The notes: generated from the sequence alone by a model not told the origin. Positions 38,136 through 48,064 are shown, counted from the stretch's first letter. The stretch is DNA of 64,000 nt from Candidatus Bathyarchaeota archaeon (GCA_963707955.1 OY970176.1:1088001-1152000), one strand, 5' to 3'. Translations and numbers: made by a program.

Positions 38136-38432
38136 CAATTTCACGCATGATTTGAGCTTATTTAGGCAAAAAGAACCCAATTTAGGATATTAGGAGAGAG
38201 GGTTGAAAATTGAACACGCGTTTACCGGCAAAAGTGCTTTTCATCCGCAGCGCTCGCGCTTCGGTTTTTCCCACGTCATTTTTGAAGAACTTTTTGACTT
38301 TTGAAACTGTAACCAATTCTCAAAAACCCCTGCTCAAGAACGAAGCCAGTAATGAACACGTGCTGTACGCCGAAGAAAGGTTGAAGCTCACGCGTTCAGC
38401 TTTTTAAGGCCAGCGTTCTCCATTGTTGTGCT

Positions 38433-39677
38433 GTGATAGTCTCAATAATCGTTCTTGTAATAGTCCTAGTTCTCATTGCAACTAGACGGATAGGAAATAT
38501 CAGGCTGCAGATTTGGCAGGTAATGCTTTTTGGAGCAATCCTCGTCCTGGTGACTGGGCAAATATCTCCGGCAAACGCTTTGACGTCGATAAACCTTGAT
38601 GTGATGCTTTTTCTGTTTGGAATGTTTGTTGTGGGAACAGCTCTTGAAGAAAGCGGCTACCTGGCACACCTCTCTTACAAGCTTTTTAAGAAAGCGAAAT
38701 CACCAAGCCAGCTACTATTGACCGTCCTGTTCGGCATGGGCGTGGCATCGGCTTTTTTGATGAACGATACTCTGGCAATAATGGGTACACCAATTGTTCT
38801 GCTTCTAGCAAGACAGCACCAAATGCCTCCGAAACTCATGCTCCTCACCTTAGCTTTCGCAGTGACGATCGGAAGCGCAATGAGCCCCATAGGAAACCCA
38901 CAAAACGTTCTGGTGGCGATTAATGGCAATATCCCGAACCCCTTTGTCACTTTTTTTGGTTTTCTCCTACTGCCGACCATCATAAACCTTTTCCTAGCCT
39001 TCCTTCTGCTAAGATTCTTCTATGGTAAAGACCTCCATGAGAACAAACTGGTCCATTACGAAGAACCAGTAAAAGATCCCAAGTTGGCAAAAGTTTCGAA
39101 GTTTTCACTCATTCTAATTGCTGCTTTGGTCATCGCAAAGATCATGACAGTATTCTTGAGCATTCAAATAGATTTCAGACTGACCTATATCGCACTAATA
39201 CCAGCACTTCCGATTATAGCATTGAGTCCGAGAAGGTTCGAAATAGTTAGAAAGATAGACTGGCGTACGCTGATATTCTTTGCCGCAATGTTCATTTTGA
39301 TGCAAAGCGTTTGGGAATCAGGATTTTTCCAGTCAATAATAACCGGGCTGAACTTGAACATAACCTCCACGGTCATGATCTTGCCGATCAGCACGCTTCT
39401 GAGTCAACTGATTTCCAATGTACCCCTAGTCGCATTGTATTTGCCAATGCTTTTGAAGGCTGGAGCCTCCACGGGAGAGATGATGGCTTTAGCAGCAGGA
39501 AGCACAATCGCGGGCAACCTTTTCATCCTCGGAGCCGCAAGCAACGTAATAATAATACAGAACGCAGAAAAGAAATTCGGAGAAACCATCACATTTTTGG
39601 AATTTGCAAAAATCGGTGTTCTTCTAACAGCTGTTAACGTGCTTGTTTATTGGCTGTTCTTGTCTGCACACCTTTAA
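38433..39677 (+). CDS. ArsB/NhaD/SLC13-type anion permease
   Basis: multiple TMs; MNDT, SPIGNPQN, ISNVP, GSTIAGN...GAASN. Confidence 0.9.
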   Translation: MIVSIIVLVIVLVLIATRRIGNIRLQIWQVMLFGAILVLVTGQISPANALTSINLDVMLFLFGMFVVGTALEESGYLAHLSYKLFKKAKSPSQLLLTVLFGMGVASAFLMNDTLAIMGTPIVLLLARQHQMPPKLMLLTLAFAVTIGSAMSPIGNPQNVLVAINGNIPNPFVTFFGFLLLPTIINLFLAFLLLRFFYGKDLHENKLVHYEEPVKDPKLAKVSKFSLILIAALVIAKIMTVFLSIQIDFRLTYIALIPALPIIALSPRRFEIVRKIDWRTLIFFAAMFILMQSVWESGFFQSIITGLNLNITSTVMILPISTLLSQLISNVPLVALYLPMLLKAGASTGEMMALAAGSTIAGNLFILGAASNVIIIQNAEKKFGETITFLEFAKIGVLLTAVNVLVYWLFLSAHL

Positions 39678-39803
39678 GGATATGAAGGAATTTATCGCGT
39701 AGATGTGCTTCTTTAGCGCGCGCTCTTCTAATAGCGGACGAACGAAGTCTCCGCACCGTTAGGACTAGGAATTGCGCCGTGTCTTCGTAGCGCGCGCTGT
39801 CCA

Positions 39804-39823
39804 GCTATAGCTTTTCCGCAAAA
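39804..39823 (+). repeat. GCTATAGCTTTTCCGCAAAA site
   Basis: matches 40539-40559 and the reverse copy at ~34229-34248; preceded by AGCGCGCGCT at 39789. Confidence 0.75.
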
Positions 39824-39874
39824 TCGAAACTGGGTTTTTGGTTTGGTTGTAGTTGGACAAACTCTAGTCGTGTG

Positions 39875-40480
39875 CTATAACTTGATTTCTTTTGAACTAA
39901 CGGTTTCTACAAAGACATCATTTAATGGTGCGTTTATGTGCAGAGATCTGCCTACTTTCACGATTATTTTGTCTAGAAATAGTCTGTCAACAGTGTCAAA
40001 GCTGCTTATGTTTAGGGATTTCGCTTCTTTTAGTGCTTGGGAATACAGTTTTTCATCGAAGTCAACTTTTTTTGGGTCTAGAACATTATATCCAGCGTCT
40101 TTTCTCACAAACAAACCGATACCAATATGCGGAATATACTCGATGTCTTTCCTTAGATAAGGAGACAACATGCCAGTGTACAGTTCATCGTGCAAGACAA
40201 TAGCTTCTTCATTTCCTTCCTTTAGCAAAAGGAGCAACCAGTGGTCCCAAGATTTCGCGAAGCCTTCTATATGAATCGGAAAAGGTTTCCAATTCTTCAA
40301 CACTGTTTCAATATGTTCTGTCAGTTTCGTTTCTTCAACGTTACCGCAAGGCACTGGGAATACGAATGGTATGTGTGGTTTCAAAGAACCTGCAAAAGGG
40401 TTATATTTCCTGCGAAAAGAGCCAATATCCTCTTCAGTTTTCTTATCAAGCTTTGGATAATAAAGCAACGCGTAATACAT
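39875..40480 (-). CDS. 2H phosphoesterase (2'-5' RNA ligase-like, YjcG type)
   Basis: FRRKY.P, PHIPFVFP, LHDELY, YIPHIGIG. Confidence 0.8.
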   Translation of the reverse strand: MYYALLYYPKLDKKTEEDIGSFRRKYNPFAGSLKPHIPFVFPVPCGNVEETKLTEHIETVLKNWKPFPIHIEGFAKSWDHWLLLLLKEGNEEAIVLHDELYTGMLSPYLRKDIEYIPHIGIGLFVRKDAGYNVLDPKKVDFDEKLYSQALKEAKSLNISSFDTVDRLFLDKIIVKVGRSLHINAPLNDVFVETVSSKEIKL

Positions 40481-40538
40481 AATGTAAGAAGATAGCCACC
40501 TTTGTTTTTAAAACCTAGTCCGCACAGTCTTTCAACCC

Positions 40539-40614
40539 GCTACAACTTTTTCCGCAAAACCTCAAAGACAGAAATCAAATCTACTCAGCAACAGAGGACA
40601 AACTAGCGCGCGCC
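40539..40614 (+). repeat. repeated promoter/leader element, copy D, truncated at a GCGCGCGC tract
   Basis: gctacaactttttccgcaaaacctcaaagacagaaatcaaatctactcagcaacagaggacaaactagcgcgcgcc. Confidence 0.8.
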
Positions 40615-40629
40615 AAGATGTAAGGGATA

Positions 40630-42492
40630 TTAGGATGAATCTCCATACTCGATGTTAATTCCCGCCTCTTCTTTAAACTGCATCCTATAGAAAGAGGAGT
40701 ATATTCCGCCCGTCTCCATCAGCTCTCCATGAGTCCCTCTCTCCACTATCCGCCCATGATCGATCACTACGATTTCGTCGCAGAGCCTTATGGTCGAGAG
40801 CCTGTGGGCGATGATGATGACTAGTCTGTTCGACAGCAGATTTTTCAGGGCATTCTGTATAACGAGCTCAGTGTAGGGGTCGATGCTAGATGTGGCCTCG
40901 TCCAGGATGAGGATGTCCGGGTTAGTGAGGATCGCCCTCGCGAAGCTGATCAGCTGCCTCTGGCCGATGGAGATGTTTGAAGATCCCTCCTGGAGGATGT
41001 AGTCGTATCCTCCAGGGAGGTTCATAATGAACTTGTGAGCTCCCACCATCTTCGCTGCTTCGATGACCATCTCATCGGTCGCCCCGGGTATCCCGAAGCG
41101 GATGTTGTCCCTGATGCACATTGGGAATAAGTAGGAGTCTTGGAGGACAATGCTTTCGTGGCTCCGCAGGTCGGAGATCTTTAGGTTCCTGATGTCACGG
41201 TCATTCAGTTTAATACTGCCGTCGAGCGGGTCGTAGAACCTTGATATCAGGTTGATGATCGTGCTCTTCCCCGCGCCGGTGGGCCCAACTATTGCGAGCT
41301 TCGGTGTCTGGTGGCCTATCTCGAAGTTGATATCGTTTATGACAGGTATCTTAGGGTCGTAGCCGAAGGCGACATTCTCTGAGCTGAGCTTCTCCGACTT
41401 TCCCACCTGAACTGCCGTGTCATCCGGCGGATCTTCTACCTCTGGTTTTGTGTCGATGAGGTCGAACATCCTCTCGGTCGCGGACATGGCCTGCTGGTAC
41501 TGATCGTATGCCTGGACGAGTGCTAGTATCGGGTTGAAGAACATAATCTGGAACGCAGTGAAGGCGATGAATGTCCCCAGGGTTATCTGGCCGTTCATCG
41601 TCATGATCGCCCCGTACCAAAGGACCACGGCTGTTCCAGCGACCCTGATAGCATAGGCGACCGGCTGGTAGATTGATGAGACGAGCACAGCTAGGATCCG
41701 CTGCTTAACGACCTTGTCCTGCTCGTCGTTGAAGTGTTTGTTGAATCTGTCGACCTGGACGAATGACTTGATGACCTTCATCCCTGAGAGGCTCTCCTGC
41801 ATGGTTGAGATCATTCCCGACGTGTTCAGGAAGGCGGCCCTATTGTATTTCCTCGACAGCAATCCGAGGTAGTAGGTTGCTATCGCCGCTATGGGCATGA
41901 CCACTATGGCGAGTAGGGCGAGTTTCACGTTTAGGAAGAATATTATTGCGATGCCTAAGAAGAGGGATCCCGCGTTCTGTACAATACTAGTGAACCCCAT
42001 CCTGAAGAATATCCTGACGTTGTTTGCGTCGTTAATGGGCCTGGCTATTATTCTCCCCGTCTCTCCCTCGGAGAAGTACCTAAGGGAGATAATTTGCAGC
42101 CTAGACATTATGTCTTGTCTTATCCTGGCGACAGTGTTCTCGCCGAGGATCCTTATCTGCCACGTCGAGACGTACTGTGTGTAGTAGTAGGCAACTGTTA
42201 TGACTAGGAAGAGGGGAATCCACCAGATGAAGCCGGCCATGTTCCCGGGAGTGATTATGTCGTCCACCACGAGCTTACTCATGTAGGGCACCATCACAGT
42301 CGTTGCCGAGCTGGCGATGAGGGCCATGGACGCTAGGACAAAGTTTCTCCGGTTAGCGACCGCGTACCTGTAAAGCCTGACAAGAAGGTTCCTGTCTCTG
42401 TTGTTTCGCTTCTTTTGGGCTTCGCCTATCGTCGAGAAGACGCCGTAGCCGCTAGGTCCTCCTCCGCCCCCTCCACCGGTACCTATCGACAT
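40630..42492 (-). CDS. ABC exporter, fused TMD-NBD half transporter (MdlB-like)
   Basis: TM domain; GPTGAGKS, ISIGQRQ, ILDEATSS. Confidence 0.93.
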   Translation of the reverse strand: MSIGTGGGGGGGPSGYGVFSTIGEAQKKRNNRDRNLLVRLYRYAVANRRNFVLASMALIASSATTVMVPYMSKLVVDDIITPGNMAGFIWWIPLFLVITVAYYYTQYVSTWQIRILGENTVARIRQDIMSRLQIISLRYFSEGETGRIIARPINDANNVRIFFRMGFTSIVQNAGSLFLGIAIIFFLNVKLALLAIVVMPIAAIATYYLGLLSRKYNRAAFLNTSGMISTMQESLSGMKVIKSFVQVDRFNKHFNDEQDKVVKQRILAVLVSSIYQPVAYAIRVAGTAVVLWYGAIMTMNGQITLGTFIAFTAFQIMFFNPILALVQAYDQYQQAMSATERMFDLIDTKPEVEDPPDDTAVQVGKSEKLSSENVAFGYDPKIPVINDINFEIGHQTPKLAIVGPTGAGKSTIINLISRFYDPLDGSIKLNDRDIRNLKISDLRSHESIVLQDSYLFPMCIRDNIRFGIPGATDEMVIEAAKMVGAHKFIMNLPGGYDYILQEGSSNISIGQRQLISFARAILTNPDILILDEATSSIDPYTELVIQNALKNLLSNRLVIIIAHRLSTIRLCDEIVVIDHGRIVERGTHGELMETGGIYSSFYRMQFKEEAGINIEYGDSS

Positions 42493-44322
42493 CTAGGGCA
42501 TCTCCTGGCCGCGCGCACTCGGGGTCTTCTCGAGGAACTGGGTCTCGTACACCCTCTTATAGATGCCCGCCCTGGCCATGAGTTCGCTGTGGGTGCCGAA
42601 TTCTGCGACCCTGCCCTCCTCAAGGACCAGTATCTTATCAGCGTTCTTGATCGTGGAGAGCCTCTGGGCGATAATAAAGGTCGTCCGCCCCTTCATCGCC
42701 TCCTCAAGTGCCTGCTGGATCTCCTGCTCCGTCCTGGCATCGACGAAGGATAATGAGTCGTCGAGGATCAGTATCTTTGGGTTCGTCAGGATCGCCCTGG
42801 CAATGGTTATCCTCTGCTTCTGCCCACCAGAGAGGGTTACGCCTCTCTCCCCAACCAAGCTATCGTACTTGTCAGGGAGGGAGTCGACGAAGTCGTGTAT
42901 CCTCGCGAGCTTCGCAGCGTTTATGACCTCCTCTATGGTCGCGTCAGCCTTGCCTAACGATATGTTGCTGTAAATAGTGCCTGTAAAGAGGAGGACATCC
43001 TGCAGTACTGATCCGATCTGTTTTTGGAGGGAGGTAAGCTTGTACTCCTTGATGTCTACGCCATCGATCTTTATGCTTCCTGACTTAACGTCGTAGAACC
43101 TAGGAATGAGGTTGATGAGAGAGGTTTTGCCAGAACCAGTGGACCCGAGTATGGCTATCTTCTCCCCGGCTTCCGCTTTGAAGCTGATGTCAGTGAGTAC
43201 ATTGGTGCCGCTAGTGTAACCGAAGTTGACGTTATTGAACTCGACTTCACCCCGCTCGATGGCGATGTCCCTGGCGTTAGGCGAGTCCCTGACATCGATT
43301 GGGGTATCTTCCATCTCCTCTATTCGTTCGAGGCTCGCGGAGGCGTTTACCCAGGAACCAATGACGTTGGCAAACGAGTTGAGCTGAGGGACGATCCTCT
43401 GCATGTATGTGGCAAATAGTATGAGGCTGCCGACGAGGAGGATTGGGTTCGGCCCAAGGAGAAGGCTCGTGCCGTATACGTAGACGAACGTCATGCCGAT
43501 CTGGAGGATGGTTTGAGGTGAGGGCGTGTAGAAGGCCTGCAGCCTCCCAGCGGCGATGGCGGTTTCGACGTACTTCGACTCTACCTGCTTGAAGCCATCC
43601 TTCATCTCCGTCTCCTTCTCGAATATCCTTACATTCTTCATGCCAATGATGTTCTGCTGGATGTAGGCCCCGAGCTTGCCGAGGATGAGCATCATCTTCA
43701 TGAATAGGGGGCGGACCTGGGTGAACTGCCTAAACTGGAGGTACATGATGAGGGGCATAGGGGCGAGGGTCAGCAGTGTCAAGACAGGGTTTATTGGGAC
43801 CATGATCAGCAGGCAAGCGGCCACTATGAAGACAGAGTCGGTGACGCTGGTCGGCCAGTTACCGGCGAAATTGTTTACGGCCTGGAGGTCCATCGTGGCG
43901 CGAGAGACGAGGTCGCCGACTGCGTTGGAGTCGAAGAACCCGAAAGACTTCTCCTCAAGCGACTTGAAGTAGTCCGACCTGATGTCTCTTGTCTGCCACT
44001 CGGCGACGTAGCTGTTCATGAACGACTCAGCGAAGGTTAACAGTCCGACGCCCATGACGACGAGGATCGTACTGAGGACAAGACCTGGGAGGAGGGCCCG
44101 CTGGCCTCCGATGATTACCTTGTCGATGATCAGGGCTAGGTAAAGGGGCTCGAAGGCGAAGAGGATAGCCCTGACACCGCTTAGCCCGGTCATGATTATA
44201 TAGTGCTTGATGTAGGGCCTGTTGTACTTCATGAAGGTCCTAAATTCTTTCCCTGAGCTCAAGATGTCCCGTTTGACTTTCATCTTGGCTATCCAATCTA
44301 GCACCGGTTTAGCAACGCTCAT
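42493..44322 (-). CDS. ABC exporter, fused TMD-NBD half transporter (MdlA-like, degenerate site)
   Basis: GSTGSGKT, LSGGQKQR, ILDDSLS, IAQR (degenerate Walker B Glu and H-switch of heterodimeric exporters). Confidence 0.93.
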   Translation of the reverse strand: MSVAKPVLDWIAKMKVKRDILSSGKEFRTFMKYNRPYIKHYIIMTGLSGVRAILFAFEPLYLALIIDKVIIGGQRALLPGLVLSTILVVMGVGLLTFAESFMNSYVAEWQTRDIRSDYFKSLEEKSFGFFDSNAVGDLVSRATMDLQAVNNFAGNWPTSVTDSVFIVAACLLIMVPINPVLTLLTLAPMPLIMYLQFRQFTQVRPLFMKMMLILGKLGAYIQQNIIGMKNVRIFEKETEMKDGFKQVESKYVETAIAAGRLQAFYTPSPQTILQIGMTFVYVYGTSLLLGPNPILLVGSLILFATYMQRIVPQLNSFANVIGSWVNASASLERIEEMEDTPIDVRDSPNARDIAIERGEVEFNNVNFGYTSGTNVLTDISFKAEAGEKIAILGSTGSGKTSLINLIPRFYDVKSGSIKIDGVDIKEYKLTSLQKQIGSVLQDVLLFTGTIYSNISLGKADATIEEVINAAKLARIHDFVDSLPDKYDSLVGERGVTLSGGQKQRITIARAILTNPKILILDDSLSFVDARTEQEIQQALEEAMKGRTTFIIAQRLSTIKNADKILVLEEGRVAEFGTHSELMARAGIYKRVYETQFLEKTPSARGQEMP

Positions 44323-44516
44323 TTAAACCACCAGACCCATTTCTTCTCCACACAGTTACTGTGACTTATTTTTCATCGCGAGCGCGCGAGCAAAGCAACT
44401 TTTGTCGCGCGCGCTACGTTCCAAAGGCAACTCGGAACGTACAGCAGACATAGCTATCTTTCGCATCGAAAAATCACTTAACGCGCGCTCGCCCTATTGT
44501 CAGGATAGGCATGGTC

Positions 44517-44978
44517 TTACTTCGCCACAGCTCTTAGTTGTTGGCCAGTTGTGAAGACTGAGCGCAGAACTCCCATGGCTTTGACGACGACTTCCCTATC
44601 CTCAGCGCTGACATCTCTGAGTTTGTCTGCGAGATATGCCATGTTTTTCTGTCTGGAGGCTTCCAAAATCGTTATTCCACGAAGTGTGGCGGCTAATCTC
44701 ACACGTCGTCTGTCAGCGGGATTATCTTGCCGCGTCATCATACCACGTATTATGAGGCCGTCCACAAGCCTACACGTGGAAGGGGGAGTCAGACCCATAT
44801 GATTTGCCACGTCCAAAAGCGAAGAACCTTCATTGCGGTTCACAAAGGCCAATGTTCGGAACTGAGGAACGGTTAAGTCAGGTGACCTTCGACTGCGCAT
44901 CTCAGATCGTATGTCCCTCATAACGATTGGAACCACTTCAAGCAATTCACGGGCGGCTTCTTCTAAAGTAGCGGTCAT
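44517..44978 (-). CDS. MarR family transcriptional regulator
   Basis: LTVPQFR.L, RLVDGL..RG...R..NPADRR..L..T.RG. Confidence 0.93.
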   Translation of the reverse strand: MTATLEEAARELLEVVPIVMRDIRSEMRSRRSPDLTVPQFRTLAFVNRNEGSSLLDVANHMGLTPPSTCRLVDGLIIRGMMTRQDNPADRRRVRLAATLRGITILEASRQKNMAYLADKLRDVSAEDREVVVKAMGVLRSVFTTGQQLRAVAK

Positions 44979-44991
44979 GTTAATTGCACTT

Positions 44992-45004
44992 TCTAATAAT
45001 TAGA
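44992..45004. promoter_or_regulatory. candidate MarR operator palindrome TCTAAT-A-ATTAGA
   Basis: perfect inverted repeat between marR start and a TTAAATA TATA-like box. Confidence 0.5.
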
Positions 45005-45153
45005 TAATAGAACTATTTAACCCTTAACGCGCGCGCTTTGCGAGCGGACTCGAACCCATTTGGGTTTAAGTCCAGGCGGGCCGCCATAGTCATGGTCTTT
45101 TTACGGTAAAGTTGGGTGGGGGCCCCATCCCCCGCACCTTCAATGCGCCACTT

Positions 45154-47362
45154 TTATGTACTGTCTGGCGATAACAGGTGTTCAGGCATATTCGCCCAGA
45201 CTTTTTCTCTTTCCTCCGGGCAAGGCTGAATGGGAAGGGTTACAATGAATGTGCTTCCTTTGCCAACAGTGCTTCTTACATGGATTTTGCCGCCGTGTGC
45301 CTCAACGAAGCGCTTGCAGATAGGCAAGCCGAAACCCATTCCCTTCGCTTTGGTGGTGAAAAGGGGCCTGAAAATATTTCTCAAAGTGTTCTCGGACATA
45401 CCAGCCCCCGTGTCTGAGAAAACAATTTCCAAGTCACCGTTTGATTCCCTGCTTTCTATCGTCAGTTTGCCGCCCTTAGGCATGGCATCGACAGCGTTTT
45501 TGACTATGTTCACAAACACTCTCTTCATCTTGTCTGTGTCAACTTCCATCTTCGGCTTGTCTCTTGTCAGATCTGTTACCCGAACTTTTTTGGGAATCTT
45601 AACAGCGGACAAGGCTTCCTTCACCATTACTCGAGGGTTGCTCTCATTCAAATCAAGCTTTATGTCTCTTGAGTATTCTAAGAGGTCGTTTATGATCTTG
45701 TTCGAATATTGAACATCCTTCTCGATAACCTTGAACATTTCTTTCAATTTGCTGTCCATTTTCGGGCTGCATTTTGCCTTTAGGTAGTAAGCGGCACCTG
45801 CGATGCCCGTTAACGGGTTGCGCAGGTCGTGACCAATCATGGCTGCTAACTCGCCGATGGCAGCAAGTCTCTCAGACTTGACAAGCTGCTGCTGAGACCT
45901 CCTTCAGTTGTTTGGTTCGCTCCTCCACCTTTTCCTCCAAGCGCTGCGCGTATTCCCTGACCTGTTGTATCAGTTTCCCGTTTTCTATGGCTGTGGCAGC
46001 TTGATGAGCAAACAGTTCAAGGGGAGCAAGTGACGCTCTCGTCGGACGCCGGCCATCTTGCGGATCATCCATGCTCATTATGCCAACAACTCTTCCGCCT
46101 GGCAGTCGCAATGGTATGTACAACAGGTCGTCAGGGTTCCAACCAAAAGCATTCTTTTTCTGCATCTTGCTCGGAACTGCATACTTGAACTGCTCCTGAA
46201 CAAGCGGGTCGCTCCAAGGCAGATAGTAGAATTCGCCTAAGCGATAATGTTCAAACATAGAACTCAAACGCTTACGCATTACTTTGCCAGGTGGCTGATG
46301 ACCCCTCAGATGCTCTTCTTCTTCCTTGGTTAATCCTGCTGCGACAATGTCGGTTGTTTCCAGGTTTTCGTCCTTCAAGGTTATGACTGCTCTTCTCCAT
46401 CCCTGCTCGCAAACAACTTCTAGAATCGTTTGCAGTCGCTTGTGGAGATCCGTTGAGCTGAGCAGTACGGCAGAGCTTTTCATTAAACCTGACATCTTCT
46501 TGGATATGTTCCGATAGTTTTCCTCGCTTTCTCGCAAAGCATTTTCCATCTGCTTTCTATCGGTAATATCCCAGAAAGTGCCCAGTATGCCAACAACATT
46601 GCCCTTTTCATCTTTTACAGGAGTTTTGACCGTATGCACATACACTCTTTTCTTATCCTGGACATATTCCTCATCTATGCCTTCGGCGTTCCCTGACTCC
46701 AAGATTCTCTTGTCATCGGCTCTGTATTTTTCAGCCAACTCCTTAGGATAAAAATCAAAATCTGTTTTGCCTTCAATCTCATCGCTCCTCATTTTTAAGT
46801 CTTGAGCGTACTTCTTGTTGCAGAATATATAAACCGAATTTCTATCCTTGAAGAAGACTTTCCGCGGAAGGTTTTCAAGCAATGTTTTGGCCTTTCTTTC
46901 GCTTTCATGCAGTGAATCAGAGGCTTTTTTCTTCTCTACTACTTGCAGTATTCCACGGGCCAGTTCACCATAAACTGTTTCTGGTGCACCAGATTTTACG
47001 AAGTACCCGTTCGCGCCAAGGTTCAGCGCTTCAATGGCCACTTCTTCTCTCCCCTTGCCAGTGAAAATGACAAAAGGAGTATTGTCGCCTTTCTTTCTTA
47101 GCTCCTTCAAAAATACAAGTCCATCTTTTCTAGGCATCTGGTACTCTGAAACGATCACATCAAATCTTTCCTTTTCCAGTTTCCCTAAGGCTTCCTCAAC
47201 AGACTCTGCAGTGTAGATTTGGAACGGGCCTTGCGTCTCCAAACATTGCTTCGCAACCTTCAAGAAAGAAGGCTTATCGTCAACTTGCAAGACACGCAAC
47301 TTCACCTTCTCAGCAGAACCTAGGACTATCTCAGCTGCAGACGGAACGACAGATTCAACCAA
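45154..47362 (-). CDS. hybrid sensor kinase REC-PAS-GAF-HisKA-HATPase, split by a +1 frameshift at ~45897
   Basis: REC (VDD, FTGKG), PAS (FFKD, VKTPVKD..G.V.G), GAF, then [45 protein letters not shown]. Confidence 0.88.
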
Positions 47363-47680
47363 GAACGATACCCCTCATACTCACCATTACACGTATGTGC
47401 ATCATCAGCAATGTGTTGGAAGGCTTTCCTGATTAAACAATTATGAATACACTGTCAATATTCAAAAACAGGTTTCGATGATAACTTTGCATCGAACATA
47501 TTTCTACTGATTTGAAAAAAGATTATGGATATAACCTATGAGCAGGTTTACCAAAAATGGATTCTGCCGATAAGGCTGGTGAGGTCTCCATCCTTCTCAC
47601 CGCGGCAACGCTGGCTAAAAAGTTTAATGCTGTCATCAACATCTATTTTGGCCGAAATGACCATCCGCATTTGAGGGTTT

Positions 47681-48064
47681 CTAAATCCATCTTGTTTCTA
47701 TTTCTTTGATGGCTTGAAAATGAGGGTCATCTGAAACGCAGCTTGCTTTCAGGTGTGATGCTGTAGCTGCTATCATGCTGTCGGCCATGGAGAGCTTGTA
47801 CTTGTGCCTCAGCTCAGCCGAGCCCTTTGCGATTTCTGCATCTACCCCTACTATCTTGAAATCTTTCTCCAGCAAGGTCGTCCTCAGCATTGCGGACTCG
47901 CGCCCCTCGCGCGCCAGCGTAAGCTGATAAACCTCGTGGATCACGATCGCTGAGACATATTTTTCCCGGCCTCTCAATTCTTCCTTAGTTCTTTGAAGCA
48001 CTTTCTCATCCTTAGAGTAATAATGTTCGATGAAGAACCTAGTGTCATAAACCGTTCGAGACAT
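47681..48064 (-). CDS. vapC: VapC PIN-domain toxin
   Basis: VYDT, E, SMADSMIAATA, SDDPHF. Confidence 0.92.
   Translation of the reverse strand: MSRTVYDTRFFIEHYYSKDEKVLQRTKEELRGREKYVSAIVIHEVYQLTLAREGRESAMLRTTLLEKDFKIVGVDAEIAKGSAELRHKYKLSMADSMIAATASHLKASCVSDDPHFQAIKEIETRWI

Larger units (their letters stand above)
38119..45138. mobile_element. integrase-less genomic island at tRNA-Leu
   Basis: 16-bp direct repeat CCCCATCCCCCGCACC at 38119-38134 (tRNA 3' end) and 45123-45138. Confidence 0.65.

Noticed and set aside
32600-40620. Repeats interpreted as a CRISPR array or classical integron attC sites
   Set aside because: No regularly spaced repeat-spacer units, no cas or intI gene, and no RYYYAAC...GTTRRRY inverted-repeat attC structure could be seen.
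47586-47601. Further tRNA-Leu att copy (ccatccttctcacc)
   Set aside because: Too short and mismatched to distinguish from chance.
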